From Octopus sinensis (taxonomy: Eukaryota), in NCBI RefSeq assembly GCF_006345805.1, contig NC_043000.1, forward strand, positions 129,084,001 through 129,148,000: a stretch of DNA of 64,000 nucleotides, in the 5' to 3' direction. The position numbers were made by a program, and so were the translations under genes. Below the pieces are notes generated by a model. The model worked only from the letters and a program-made list of their open reading frames with translations, searched no databases and was not told where the DNA came from. This document shows, one piece after another, positions 10,494 through 22,681 of this stretch. How positions within the stretch are numbered: position 1 is the first letter of the stretch; the number at the start of each line of letters is the position of its first letter.

Positions 10494-11381
10494 TAGGGTG
10501 CGGTGAATATCTTGTCTAAATTACACAAAAATGAAAATAACACTGACATCTCATTTTAACAGATATATTTACCAAAATTACATAAAAATATCTCGAAATA
10601 CTAAAGAGTAAATTCATTCAATAAAATCGCCATTGGCTTCAACCATGGCCCCCAGACGAATTCAGAATTTCCTACAATTCTTCTGGACGGTCTCCTTGTT
10701 TAAGCTGGTGAATGCTGTCATAATCCTTGCCTTCAGTTCATCTTTGGTGTGGTATTACAAGGAGTTTTGTTGGTCGCTCGCTCAACTGTGCCCCACACAT
10801 AATAATCAAAGGGGTTGAAGTCAATCTCGGGAGTTAGGTGGCCCATTGTTAGGGGTGATGTGATTGCAGAAATCGTTTGACAGTCATGACTGGGTTCTCC
10901 TGCTTGTGTGGCATGGTGCAGAGTCCTGTTGCTAGACATAGGGCCTTCCGGCAGCCACCCTCTTGATCCAGAGCAGCACTACCTCCTCCAGGAACTTGAT
11001 GTAGGCCTCTGTGTTGAGTCAGAGGCTGCGTGGGAAGATGAAAGGAGGTATAATGTCGCCATCACTAGTGATCACTCCAAACACCATGATGATGACCGGA
11101 TGTTTGATTTTTATCACTCTCGGTACATGCTTTTAGGGACACGGTAAGTCAACAGCTGTTCAGTGTGTTCACCATTTATTCATATTGGAGCATTCAGCAC
11201 GAATGCCAAGCAGTAGAGCATGTCGTTTCCAAATTTCTGGATGAGTGAATTGGTATTTTTCTCACAGACGTTGCCCAACTGACCCTACTATACTGTGTAG
11301 TCAACAAAATCAAAAACAAACAATGCGCTTGAATGAAATTAAAGATATAAAATGGCAACAATTTACCCATCGCACCCTGTA
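10494..11381 (-). pseudogene. Internally deleted DD37D (maT-type) transposon
   Basis: TIR cagggtgcgatgggtaaattg plus TA at 11380-81; degenerate TIR at 10494. Reads YV*QQDSAPCHTSRRTQS*LSNDFCNHITPNNGPPNSRD..NPFDYYVWG, about 37 residues between the second and third D after correcting one frameshift. The HTH and first D are deleted. Confidence 0.85.
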
Positions 11382-11504
11382 TGTATGTATGTATATGAGT
11401 ATATATATATATCTAGAGAGAGCGAGAGGGGGGGTGAGCTATGTATGAATTAGCAAAACCAGAGTTTCTTAATTGAAACATTAAATCTATAAAATTAAAC
11501 TATT

Positions 11505-11855
11505 TGCCTCTTTGGGTCCACTGCACAACACCTTAAACAAGTGTCTTCTACTATAGCACTGAAATGGGCAAAGCCTTGTGAGCTGAATTGGTAGACGGAA
11601 AGTGAAAGAAGCCCACCCTATATGTGTGGGCGTACATGTGCATACATCTATGCGTGATTCTTTGTATTTGTCTCCAACCACTGCTTGACAACCGGTGTTG
11701 GTTTGTTTACCTACCTGTAAATTAGCGGTTCAGCAAAATAGAGCAGTAAAATAAGAACTAGGTTAAAAAGTAAATACAGGGAGTCAATTTTGTTTGACTA
11801 ATCCCATCAACACGGTACCCCAGCATGGCCGCAGTCCAATGACTGAAGCAAAAAA
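11505..11855 (+). mobile_element. SINE family A-related, diverged
   Basis: caagtgtcttctactatagc...ggtagacggaa...cagcatggccgcagtccaatgactgaa. Confidence 0.8.
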
Positions 11856-11870
11856 TAATAAACAGATAGA

Positions 11871-12335
11871 CAGATAGATAGACAGAAAGACAGACAAATA
11901 GATAGACAGACAGATAGATAGACAGACAGACAGATAGACATACAGATAGATAGACATACAGATAGATAGACAGACAGATAAATAGACAGACAGATAGATA
12001 GACAGACAGATAGATAGACATACAGATAGATAGACATACAGATAGATAGACAGACAGATAGATAGACAGACAGATAGATAGACAGACAGACAGACAGATA
12101 GACAGACAGACAGATAGGCAGACAGATAGATAGGCAGACAGATAGATAGGCAGACAGATAGATAGGCAGACAGACAGACAGATAGATAGATAGGCAGACA
12201 GATAGATAGGCAGACAGATAGATAGGCAGACAGATAGATAGGCAGACAGATAGACAGACAAATAGATAGACAAGCAGATAAATAGATAGACAGATAAATA
12301 GATAGACAAATAGACAGGCAGACAGATAGATAGAA
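11871..12335. repeat. (GATA/GACA/GGCA)n compound microsatellite
   Basis: About 460 bp of tetranucleotide units; source of the LSVCLSIYL-type ORFs. Confidence 0.95.
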
Positions 12336-13890
12336 AGGACCTAGAAATACGAGGGTTTGCCTCAAGCAGCACTTACTATCAGCACATTATTGAAACAATT
12401 GTAAACAGTGGAAAGAATTACTGCAATAGCAATAACTCAATTTGTCATAAGCTTTTAAAATACTATGCATACATACATACATACACACAAATACGGACAG
12501 ACAGACAAGCCCTCCCGTAAACACAACCATGTATACATTTGAGTGTGTGTACATGTTTTTGTATAAAGAATGCGAGAGAGAGTAGAACGAGTGAGAAAAT
12601 GTGTTGCCAGCTGAATAGCCAATACACGTATAATAAATAGACCTATGGACTTAACAAAAGGAGGTAAGGCTGAAAATATCGTAACAGAAGTGTTCGCATA
12701 AACACACTCAGACATATGTAGATATAACAACACTTAATATATGTACAAAGAGATATATGCATACAGCATACCATACAAATATAATGCATACGTATGTATG
12801 TATATAATAGACACGTACGCAATATACATTTATACAGGAAGAGAGAGAGAGAGATGGAAAAAAGACAGGTAGATAGATATGCATCGCTGAAAAATTTTTT
12901 TTTTTTAAATGCATATACTGTCTGTGTGCGTATAAGGTTACATGACTGTGTGTATATATCAAGTCACAAGGCTATGTATATGTGTGTGAGCGTGTATATT
13001 GTTAGACAGGAACTTTTTAAGTTACTACCTGTGAAACATTCGCGTAACCATATACATTCGTACGTGAGTGTGTGGAGTAAAGCGAAAAGAAAGTGTCAAA
13101 CACCTGCACACACACACACACACACTGTCTTGTGACTTGATACATACACAAAAGAGGTTCTACATACGTAATGCCTGTGTGTACAAAACACAGCAAACAA
13201 AATAAAGTATTATATACGCATATGTGGAGTGTCTCTACATACGTATGTATGAGAATTCATTTTGCATACCTATTCACACCACCTAATGCATACACGCACG
13301 AACAAATAAAAACGCACATTTATACACGCATTAAATCAAATGTACATTGTCTTGTGGCTTTTTAACCAACTTATTGCTACACAGAAAAGAGAAATATATC
13401 ACGGATCACACGCACACGCGCTTAGACAGGTATTAGAGACGAAGGTATACATACGCATTGCAAGGTATTCTAGCCGTGGTAATATAAATTGAAATACACG
13501 TATAGACACTAAGAACAGACAACTAAAACGTGCGCGCACGCGCACAAACACACATACATACACACACAGATGAACCAAGATATTTCAAGAGTACTTGTTT
13601 GGCAAGTGACTTTGATAAGAGCGCTTTAAAACAAACATTGTTGTCGAATTGTTTTAGCTGTTTAAAAACACACATAAACTATTAAGCGCAAAACTACAGA
13701 TTGATGCCCCTTTCTCCCACTAGTTTCATCCAGAGTTTCTGGAAAATACACATTTTTGAAGATGAAAATTTGCAAACTCGTTTTCAACAGTGTAGATGAT
13801 TCCGATTGTGGTAGTAATATAGAGGGGGAAAAAAAGCCTTTTTTTTTTTTTTTTGGAGACCAGTTCCGAATAGTTATTCTACCTTCTCCA

Positions 13891-14395
13891 GACCGTAAAT
13901 CCTCGAGTATAATCCACATTTTTTCCCAAAAAATTTAAAGGTCAAAATCCTTAGTGCGTATTATACACGAGATTAAAAATGAAAATCATTTTCTAAGAAA
14001 TGTTCAAGTTTCTATTTGCTATCCAGCAATGTTTATTCAGACGCATTTTGTCATGTCAGGCGCAAAAATACCTTAAGCTAAGCCTGAAAGCAATGAAGTC
14101 ATAAAAAAATCATCTATAACTTTCAGTAAACAACATTTATTAAACGTTATTGCTGTTATTTTTTTATTTTCTGCAAACAAAATGCACAAAAAAGCTACAC
14201 GTTTGCATTATGTTATATATACAATAATAATAAAGGACGTTACCATATACATTTTTACAAACCAAGGACGATATATAGACCTCCTTGAGAAGGGGTGCAT
14301 ATTGTACACAAGGTTTAGGTTTTTCAGAGGTACAACCCCCTAAAAATCCCCTGCGTATTATACTCAAAGGCGGACTATACTCGAGGATTTACGCT
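13891..14395. mobile_element. Tc1/pogo-type MITE
   Basis: TIRs cgtaaatcctcgagtata(a/g)tcc at 13894-13915 and 14372-14393 (18 bp perfect core). Subterminal tgcgtattatac repeats. No coding capacity. Confidence 0.75.
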
Positions 14396-14822
14396 AAGTC
14401 AATAGAATGCATATTTTAAATGGCATTTTGCAGAAATACTGGAGAGTGTAGATTACCTAAAACTAATATTTCAAACATGAAAATAAGAAAGGAAAAAAAA
14501 AAGGAGGGCGGTGAATAATGCTAAAGTTAATAATCGTAATGTACACCCTCAAAAACGTAAAATTACGAGGAAACAAAGTCAGGGATGGGACGCCAAACTA
14601 TAGTTATGCTGTTATGTTTACTTTCTGTATATTTTAATAATCTCTTATGATGTGTTAGAAAGTTTCGTTATCCCCTTCCATGACTTGGTTACTGAAAATT
14701 CTATTGCAAGAAGAGGTACACCTGAATGAAATAACGATATACAATTATGCACACGAGCAACGAGAGGGTCTCAACGGTGCCGCTTAATACGCTAGAAATA
14801 GCAGCGCAAAATTCCCTTACAT

Positions 14823-14889
14823 CAGTGGTTCCCAATCTGTGGTCCGCAAAGGTATAGTACTAGGGGTGGATCCGTACACTAAATTCAAA

Positions 14890-14928
<39 letters not shown>

Positions 14929-14978
14929 ATAAGCATATTAAAAGGGGGCACTGGTAGTGAAAAAGTTGGGAACAACTG
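14823..14978. mobile_element. hAT (Charlie-like) MITE
   Basis: TIRs cagtggttcccaa / ttgggaacaactg. 8-bp flanks ccttacat / cctgatat (6/8, degenerate TSD). Confidence 0.75.
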
Positions 14979-15544
14979 CCTGATATGACACCTCGTCGAA
15001 GAGAGAGAGAGTACGTTGGATAATGAGCACGTATCGGGTGAATGGCTTTCTTCATAAGGCTGACCTGGGTTCTAATTAAAACCTCAAAGATAATTTTACA
15101 GATAGGCAGGCAAACATAATCACAAATAGACAGACAAACAAGCAGGTAGGTAGGTAAATAGAGCGACAGAGATATACATTTTCTTCTCTACGATAATTTA
15201 GAAAGAAAATATTATAAAAAGTTAAAGAAATATTTACCAACAACAAAAACATGCACAGCCAGATGTGGTAATAATAACCGCAGCACAAACAATCCGTTTT
15301 ATCTCACAAATTTTCACCTTTTACTTTGTAAAAACTTCAAGATAATACTCTCTCGCCCCTCCTTTTAACATACAAACATTATCATTTATCAACTACAACC
15401 CTCCCTCATTTCTACCCCTCCCACTCTAAAATTTAACACGCCGGTCTCTCCTTCTCACCTTGTCTCTTTCATAAGTGAGAGATAGTGAGAGCAACAGAAT
15501 TGCCGCGTTATATATTTCCCAAGTATTGTTTTTGCTGTTATACC

Positions 15545-15774
15545 TATTTCTTTATTACCCACAAGAGGCTAAACACAGAGGGGACAAACAAAGACAGACA
15601 TAGGTATTAAGTCGATTACATCGACCCCAGTGCGTAAATGGTACTTAATTTATCGACCCCGAAAGAATGAAAGGCAAAGTCGACCTCGGCGGAATTCGAA
15701 CTCACAACGTAACGCAGACGAAATACCGCTAAGCATTTCGCCCGGCGTGCTAACGTTTCTGCCAGCTCGCCGCC
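15545..15774 (-). mobile_element. SINE family B, young
   Basis: Full length, CpGs retained. Confidence 0.9.
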
Positions 15775-15830
15775 CTACCCTGCACATGTACACATGCGTG
15801 TGTGTGTGTGTGTGTGTACGTACATACACA

Positions 15831-16218
15831 TACTCTTTTACTTGCTTCAGTCAATTGACTGTGGCCTTTAGTCGAGGAAATCAACCCCCCAGGACTTATT
15901 CTTTGTAAGCCTAGTACTTTTTCTATCGGTCACTTTTTGCCGAACCGCTAGCTTACGGGGACGTAAACACACCAGCATCAGTTGTCAAGTGATGCTGGGG
16001 GGGGGGACAAACACAGACACACAAAGATACGCACACACCCCGCATATATATACATATATACGACGGGCTTCTTTCAGTTTCCATCTACCAAATCCACTCA
16101 CAAGGCTTTGGTCGGCCCGAGGCTATAGTAGAAGACACTTGCCCAAGGTGCGATGCAGTGGGACTGAACCCAGAACCATGTGGTTGGTAAGCAAGCTACT
16201 TACCACACAGCCACTCCT
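15831..16218 (-). mobile_element. SINE family A
   Basis: Match to the other family A copies. Confidence 0.9.
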
Positions 16219-16324
16219 AAGCCTATACAGGCAAATAAAAATAAACAACAAAAGTCAAAAGGAAGAACGTACACCGTAAATGTATTAGGTTGATGCTCAT
16301 TTTAAGATGGAAAAAGAGAGGGGT

Positions 16325-16358
16325 GTGTAACGTTTTGAACATGGCTCATCATCAGAAA
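16325..16358 (-). ncRNA. Degenerate hammerhead motif in a PLE-related fragment (about 16265-16410)
   Basis: Reverse complement reads TTT CTGATGA T GAGC cat GTTC AAAAC GTT ACAC. Canonical CUGAUGA, G12A substitution, stem I degraded. Confidence 0.5.
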
Positions 16359-16698
16359 GAGGAAAGTTCCAGGGAGGAGTACGAAAAATGTCCAAGAATA
16401 GCATATGTGTTGTTATATGGCTGAAGTCATACATATGTGTATGTAAGTGTATATACATGTGCATGCATGTATACATAGTGATTTATATGTGTGTTTGTAT
16501 ACAAACACACATGTAATCACTTAACCGCAGTATCTAGATAGTATTTATAAAAGGTCACTTAGCAAACTTTAGGTTTGCTGATCAAAGTCTTTCACTAGTC
16601 TTAAGAATAAGAGTGTCAGTATAATGTCATACACTGCTGGTTTCTGCACCAAGATAACATTAAAGGTAAAAGCTTCTGTGAAATACTGAACCGCTTAC

Positions 16699-16738
16699 AC
16701 TATACTGGAAGGAAAAGCAGCAGAGTTCAGTCGAGCAA
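16699..16738 (-). CDS. Possible small exon (40 nt, or 6-nt microexon 16699-16704)
   Basis: Donor GTAAGC. Two upstream YAG acceptors, one with a strong pyrimidine tract (ctctgctgcttttccttccag). Splice signals only. Confidence 0.2.
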
Positions 16739-16989
16739 CTGGAATATTCAACATTAAAAACCAACAGAGATTCATTTACCGTGAATGTGTATGTGTGTCT
16801 ATACATGTATATGCATTTTTGTAAGAATGAGAGAGAGAGAGAGTAGGAGCTCATGTCAGCCACCAGGCAAACCCCCAGTAAATTGTCATTTGTTTTGATA
16901 TAATAACCATCTTACACCACAAGTCCTACTATTGAGTTCTAGATCAATTAATATTTGCATTATATAATATGTAACATGTGTTGGTACAT

Positions 16990-17490
16990 GTTTTACAGCT
17001 CTTGTGTGTATATGTGTATATATAGAAATACATACAAACTTATAAATACACATGGACACACACACATATATATATATGCACATAAAAACATAAATACATA
17101 TGCAGGTATATATACATAAACACACTTGCATATATATATATATATATACATACACACACATGCATATAAGTATATATATACACACACACATGCATATAAG
17201 TATATATATACACACATGCATATAAATATATATACACACACATACATGCATATAAATATATACACACACACATGCATATAAATATATATACACACACATG
17301 CATATAAATATATATACACACACATATGCATATAAATATATATACACACACACATGCATATAAATATATACACACACACACATATGCATATATACATACA
17401 CACACATCTACATGTGTATATATACATATATGCATATACACACATAGATGTGTGTATATACATAAGTATGTGTGTGTATCCAAATCATTC
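16990..17490. repeat. CA/TA/CATG compound satellite
   Basis: Repeated cacacacatgcatataaatatata units. Confidence 0.9.
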
Positions 17491-17874
17491 ACAAATGCAT
17501 AGCCAGGTGTTTCATTAAATATAAGTCAGAATGAAAATTGCCAAATGGTAATATTTTATATATATATATATGTATGTATGTATATCAATGACTTTTAATG
17601 AATATTTTTTGATATACCATAGTCTACATAGCTCACCACACCTAAGATATCTTGCATCTGCATATCATGTGAATGGATATACATTTGTGTGTGCATAAAT
17701 GTGTATGTAAGTGTGTTTGTGTGTAAACATTAAATATATATATACATACACACAAAGATATATACATTACATTTACTTACATAGACAGAACACACACACA
17801 TATACATACATGTATAAGTATATATGCACTTGCATCTATCCACATATATGAGTCACCAATTTTGTTTTTTTTTT

Positions 17875-18075
17875 AGATGGCATAAGTTAGGCAAGACTTC
17901 TTGAGGCAGTAGGTATTTCACTAGAGACAGTGCCATATAAAAAGCACCCAATAAAATTTGTAAAGTGGTTAGCATTAGGAGGGCATCTAGCCATAGAAAC
18001 CATGTCAAAGCAGACATTGGAGCTTGGTACAGTCCAGCCCATACCACCATGAAAAATGGATGTTAAATGATAGTG
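17875..18075 (+). mobile_element. Degenerate RTE LINE 3' tail
   Basis: aagcaccc...gtggttagcattaggagggcatctagc...atggatgttaaatgat. Confidence 0.65.
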
Positions 18076-18437
18076 ATATACATTATATAAAGTATACATA
18101 CACACAGACACACATATCACCAACATTTGTATACTTGCATATATATTTATCTATTAGTCTATCTATGTACATATAAGATGCAAAACCCATACCCCAAGCA
18201 GTGAAGCAACTCAAAAAATTAATTTTTCTTTCTAAGGACAGAACTAAACATTTAGAGGTACCCTAAACCATCAACAAATAAAACCCTCTCTTCATACTAT
18301 TAACAGCCAATCACACTAAAATTACTCAATATATAACCTTTCTGTTATGAAGTGAAATAAATATTTTTTGTGCCTTAACTTTGTTTCTTCTATTCCACTG
18401 ATTTACATCATATTTAATATATTCTTTCTTTTCTTTT

Positions 18438-18832
18438 CTTTTACTTGTTTCAGTCATGTGACTGCGGCCATGCTGGAGCACCGCCTTAAGTCGAGCAACT
18501 TGACCCCGGGACTTATTCTTTGGAAGCCCAGTACTTGTTCTATCGGTCACTTTTGCCGAACCGCTAAGTTACGGGGACGTAAACACACCAGCATCGGTTG
18601 TCAAGCAATGCTAGGGGGACAAACACAGACACACAAACACACACACATACATATATACATACATGTTTACGACAGGCTTCTTTCAGTTTCCATCTACCAA
18701 ATCCACTCACAAGGCATTGGTCGGCCCGGGGCTATAGCAGAAGACACTTGCCCAAGATGCCACGCAGTGGGACTGAACCCGGAACCATGTGGTTGGTTAG
18801 CAAGCTACTTACTACACAGCCACTCCTGCGCC
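18438..18832 (-). mobile_element. SINE family A, young full length
   Basis: Close to the family consensus, CpGs retained. Confidence 0.92.
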
Positions 18833-19264
18833 TATATATATATCTTTATAATATACAGTATTACAGATTGCTTTTCAGCTGATCTTATGAATTGGTTTCA
18901 CACATAGATTAGGTAATTAGGTGATTACCTATTACCTAAGACTACACTAGTTAGAAGTATGGCAAAGTCTCTCCACTATTGGAAGCAAGTGTCATGTCCA
19001 GTTTTGTGGTTGCTGTGAAGATAAGAGGGGTATACCTGCTCCACACCAACACCTGAGTGCCTACTGCAAGCAAATTGGGATTTAGATGCAGGTAGTGCAA
19101 ATTTGAGATGTGTGTGAGGGGTTAAAGGTGGGGTTGGGGGCAGGTATCAATCCTAAGCCCATGAGTAGAAGAATATGTGTATGTGTGTTTAAGAGTGTAT
19201 GTTTGTGTGTGGACAACTAATGGTGAAAATCCCAACGTTTATAATCATTGTGCCCATAGGTAAC

Positions 19265-19717
19265 CAGTCAGTCACATACTTCCTTTCATGAGGGCATGAG
19301 CAGGAAACATTGCTCTTGTGAGTTTATGTAGGTATCCACAGGAAGAGAATTCTTAAGTTATTTCATTGGCCAAGCATAGCCTGCTCCTTCTAAGGCTCAC
19401 GCTTCTCCAGTACACTCCACTTGATTTAATAATCCATAGTTCTTTCCTTCAGCAATCATACATGACTAACTAAGGCTGTGACATTATGCCTTTCCTGGAT
19501 ATTAAAGAAGGACTTATGGTTGTTAAATCTGATCCTGGAAGAACATTCTCTTACACCCACATACTTCTGCACGTTTGTTTTCTGCATGTTCACTGGGATC
19601 CTTTGACAGTTTCTGTGTTGCACTAGCCATTAAGGAGACATGTTGTGTTGCCCCTACACAAACCTCCAGCCTCAGTCTCAAGTGTGAGCTGACTTACAAA
19701 TATGTTCCTTATATGAG
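19265..19717 (-). pseudogene. Penelope-like GIY-YIG endonuclease remnant
   Basis: Minus strand reads PHIRNIF...GGLCRGNTTCLLNG*C...QKYVGVRECSSRIRFNNHKSFFNIQERHNVTALVSHV*LLKERTMDY*IKWSVLEKREP...CPHERK. This matches the PLE Cys-rich linker plus GIY-YIG pattern (YIG..F..R.NNH, L..YIW.LK..Y.IKW). Confidence 0.8.
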
Positions 19718-19719
19718 GA

Positions 19720-19930
19720 AAATTGCAGCTGGATAGATACTTAAGCACCATTAGAGATGAACCCCATCTCCCAGGATATACACAACGAGCACAAACTGAC
19801 TCAAACTCGCTCCTACACATGTCAAAATTAAACAGAGAATACAACCTGGCAACCACACCAGACTCTGAGGGTGGAGTCTTCGACTTGGCCTGAGCATGGA
19901 CTCAAACTCAAATGAAATGAAATGAAATGA
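19720..19930 (+). mobile_element. CR1/Zenon-like LINE ORF2 C-terminus and tail
   Basis: KLQLDRYLSTIRDEPHLPGYTQRAQTDSNSLLHM...* (TGA 19891-93), followed by an (AAATG)n tail. Confidence 0.7.
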
Positions 19931-20699
19931 GGTACACAGCTATAGGAAACTCAAAGAGTGTCCATTTGTTTGCAGAAAGCTTTTAGCAACACTAAATTCT
20001 CCTTCAATTTCCAGTACATTACCTAATTTGTGTGCAAGACCAATTGGTAAAATTGCTGAAATGAACCCATAATACTGTATACTATAAAGATTAATGCACC
20101 CTTTCTATTGACAAATATACAAGTGCCTGTTTTACTGACTTACATACACACATACATACAACACATACATAAATATATATATATATATATATTATATATA
20201 CACACACACATACAGATATAGATATGAATATACCTACACATACATATATGTACACACACAAATACATAGACACACATACATACATACATCCACAATCATC
20301 CGATAATGCTTGATAAATAATATCGAAAAATACATTGCATTCAGTACAGAGATATAGAGTAATGAATTTGTATTTCTAAAACAAGACAAGTTTTATTACA
20401 ATAAAATAATTTTCACACAGTAGAAAGCAGCTTTTTACAGCAGATGGCTGAAAATTTATGCTAGCTATATTAACATGCGCAGCTGTTTCCTATGAATATA
20501 TCTGGTGCTTCCTGGTCTCTCCCTCTTACCATGACCCTACCCAATCCTTCCTGCACTGCTGCATATGATATGCTAAACATCAAGTACAGTTAGCAAGGTG
20601 AGAAGTAAAAATATAAAGCATGCCACTATTCTACAGCAAGAAGATCGCAAAGTGTTCTGATTTCCAAGACAATGTTCTAGAAAGAATGTATTGAAGAGC

Positions 20700-21625
20700 T
20701 TGGTGATATGGCTAGGGAGAAATGTGTACAGAATGAAACTCTTATTGATGCTGGAAAGAACGGTTATTATTAAATGAATTTGCTAATGGACAAGTATGCA
20801 TAAAAGAGAGAAGGTTGACCTCATGTAGACTCAAGAGGAGAACTAGCAATTCAAGCATGATTCCATGTGCAATTATAGATATGAAGGCAAAAGAGGCAGA
20901 TGGTTCATCAAGAAAAGTAATTGAGATGGTTAAAATATCTGGGAGTATATCACATGCTAGCTGATCAAGATAATTCAAGAAGGTATCATACCCAATGACT
21001 GGCACAGCAGCACCAATGTCGACAGCTGTCTAAAGACTCCGCCGGTTACGACGACGAGGGTCCCAGCTGATACGATCAACGGAACAGCTTGCTCATGAAA
21101 TTAATGTGCAAATGGCTGAGCATTCCACAGACACGTGTACCCTTAATGTAGTTCTCGGGGATAATCAGCGTGACACAGAGAGTGACAAGGCTGACCCTTT
21201 GAAATACAAGTACAACTCATTTTTGCCAGCTGAGTGGACTGGAGCAATGTGAAATAAAGTGTCTTGCTCAAGGACACAACGCGTCGCCGGGAATCGAACT
21301 CACAACCTTACGATCATGAGCCGAATGCCCTAACCACTAAGCCACGCGCCCTCACTGTCGACAGCTGTAAGAGCAAAGGAGATGCACAACAGAAAAACAA
21401 TTACAGACACATAAAACTGTCAAACCAGGTCATGAATATTTTGAAAACAGCGCTAGCACAGCTGATTAAAGAGAGGATTAGCTTATATAGATGTAGTTCA
21501 GGTTTGTGCCAAGAAGAGAAACACCTGATGCCATCTTTCTAGAAAGACAACTGCAAGAGAAGTACTGAGCAAGGAGAAGCCCTTATAACTGGCATTTGTT
21601 AGCCCTTTGACAGGGTTCCAACACT
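20700..21625 (+). pseudogene. RTE (BovB-like) reverse transcriptase fragment, interrupted by a SINE
   Basis: Pieces IQEGIIPNDWHSST, KSKGDAQQKNNYRHIKL, TPDAIFL.RQLQEKY.SKEKPL.LAFV..FDRVP match RTE RT domains 1-3. Confidence 0.85.
21030..21355 (-). mobile_element. tRNA-Arg-like/CORE-type SINE (family C, OR-like)
   Basis: Minus-strand head gagggcgcgtggcttagtggttag...gttcgattccc and core ccttgagcaagacactt. Perfect 13-bp TSD tgtcgacagctgt (21017-29 / 21356-68). Confidence 0.92.
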
Positions 21626-21656
21626 AATCCTTCAGCCGATGAGAGAATGTCTACAT

Positions 21657-21969
21657 CAGACCTGGCCAACTCAAATTACATTGCGGGCCACTTTAATCAC
21701 AAAAAGTTTTTCGAGGGCTGCTTGTATACTGACAGAATTGAAAGCATTTTGCTTTCTCATGCTATTATTACAATAATGAATGATCGCTGATTCAACAAGA
21801 AATATTATTTCAAAAATAGTAGTATCTTTCTTTTTTACTTTTCATTACAAACTTCAGTTTTTGATAAAATTTTAAAATTGTTTATTTAAATAAACCCATT
21901 TCAAGAAAGTATCACGATAAAAGTCTGCAGACCGCATACGACCCGCAGGCCTCAGGTTGGCCAGCCCTG
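21657..21969. mobile_element. hAT MITE
   Basis: TIRs cagacctggccaac / gttggccagccctg. 8-bp TSD gtctacat / atctacat. Confidence 0.85.
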
Positions 21970-22271
21970 ATCTACATGGTCGTTCAATCATTCTAGAAAT
22001 AGCAGCCAGACCTCCTTCAAATCACACTCTAACATTTTAAAATAAAGGACAGATTGTATATAATGCAATCCTGGGTAGATTATAATTGAATAAAAGATAG
22101 GCTGGCATGACTGGAATATCTTTGACACAAGGTCTGATGGATCAGTGCTGTGCCAGGATAAACAACAAAAACAACAAGTAAGTCATTTTAACACATAGAG
22201 AAAAACAGAGAATAGAAATAGATTGAAAGAAATTTTCAGCTCTAGTTGCTCAGTCACTCACATTTTATTCA

Positions 22272-22681
22272 TACTCTTTTTTACTCTTTTACTTGTTTCA
22301 GTCATTTGACTGCGGCCATGCTGGAGCACCGCCTTTAATCGAGCAACTCGACCCCGGGACTTATTCTTTTGTAAGCCCAGTACTTATTCTATCGGTCTCT
22401 TTTGCCGAACCGCTAAGTAACAGGGACGTAAACACACCAGCATCGGTTGTCAAGCAATGCTAGGGGGACAAACACACTCACACAAACACACACACGCATA
22501 TATATAAATACATATATATGACGGGCTTCTTTCAGTTTCCGTCTACCAAATTCACTCACAAGGCTTTGGTCGGCCCGAGGCTATAGTAGAAGACACTTGC
22601 CCAAGGTGCCACACAGTGGGACTGAACCCGGAACCATGTGGCTGGTAAACAAGCTACTTACCACACAGCCACTCCTGCGCC
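22272..22681 (-). mobile_element. SINE family A, young full length
   Basis: Near consensus. Confidence 0.92.

Noticed and set aside
11758-12372. 204/193-aa ORFs (LSVCLSIYL repeats)
   Set aside because: Translations of a GATA/GACA microsatellite.
20288-20335. Possible hammerhead remnant ccgataa…gata aataa tatc gaaaa (also 27777-27805 and 6961-7000)
   Set aside because: Too many core and stem mismatches to distinguish from chance by eye.
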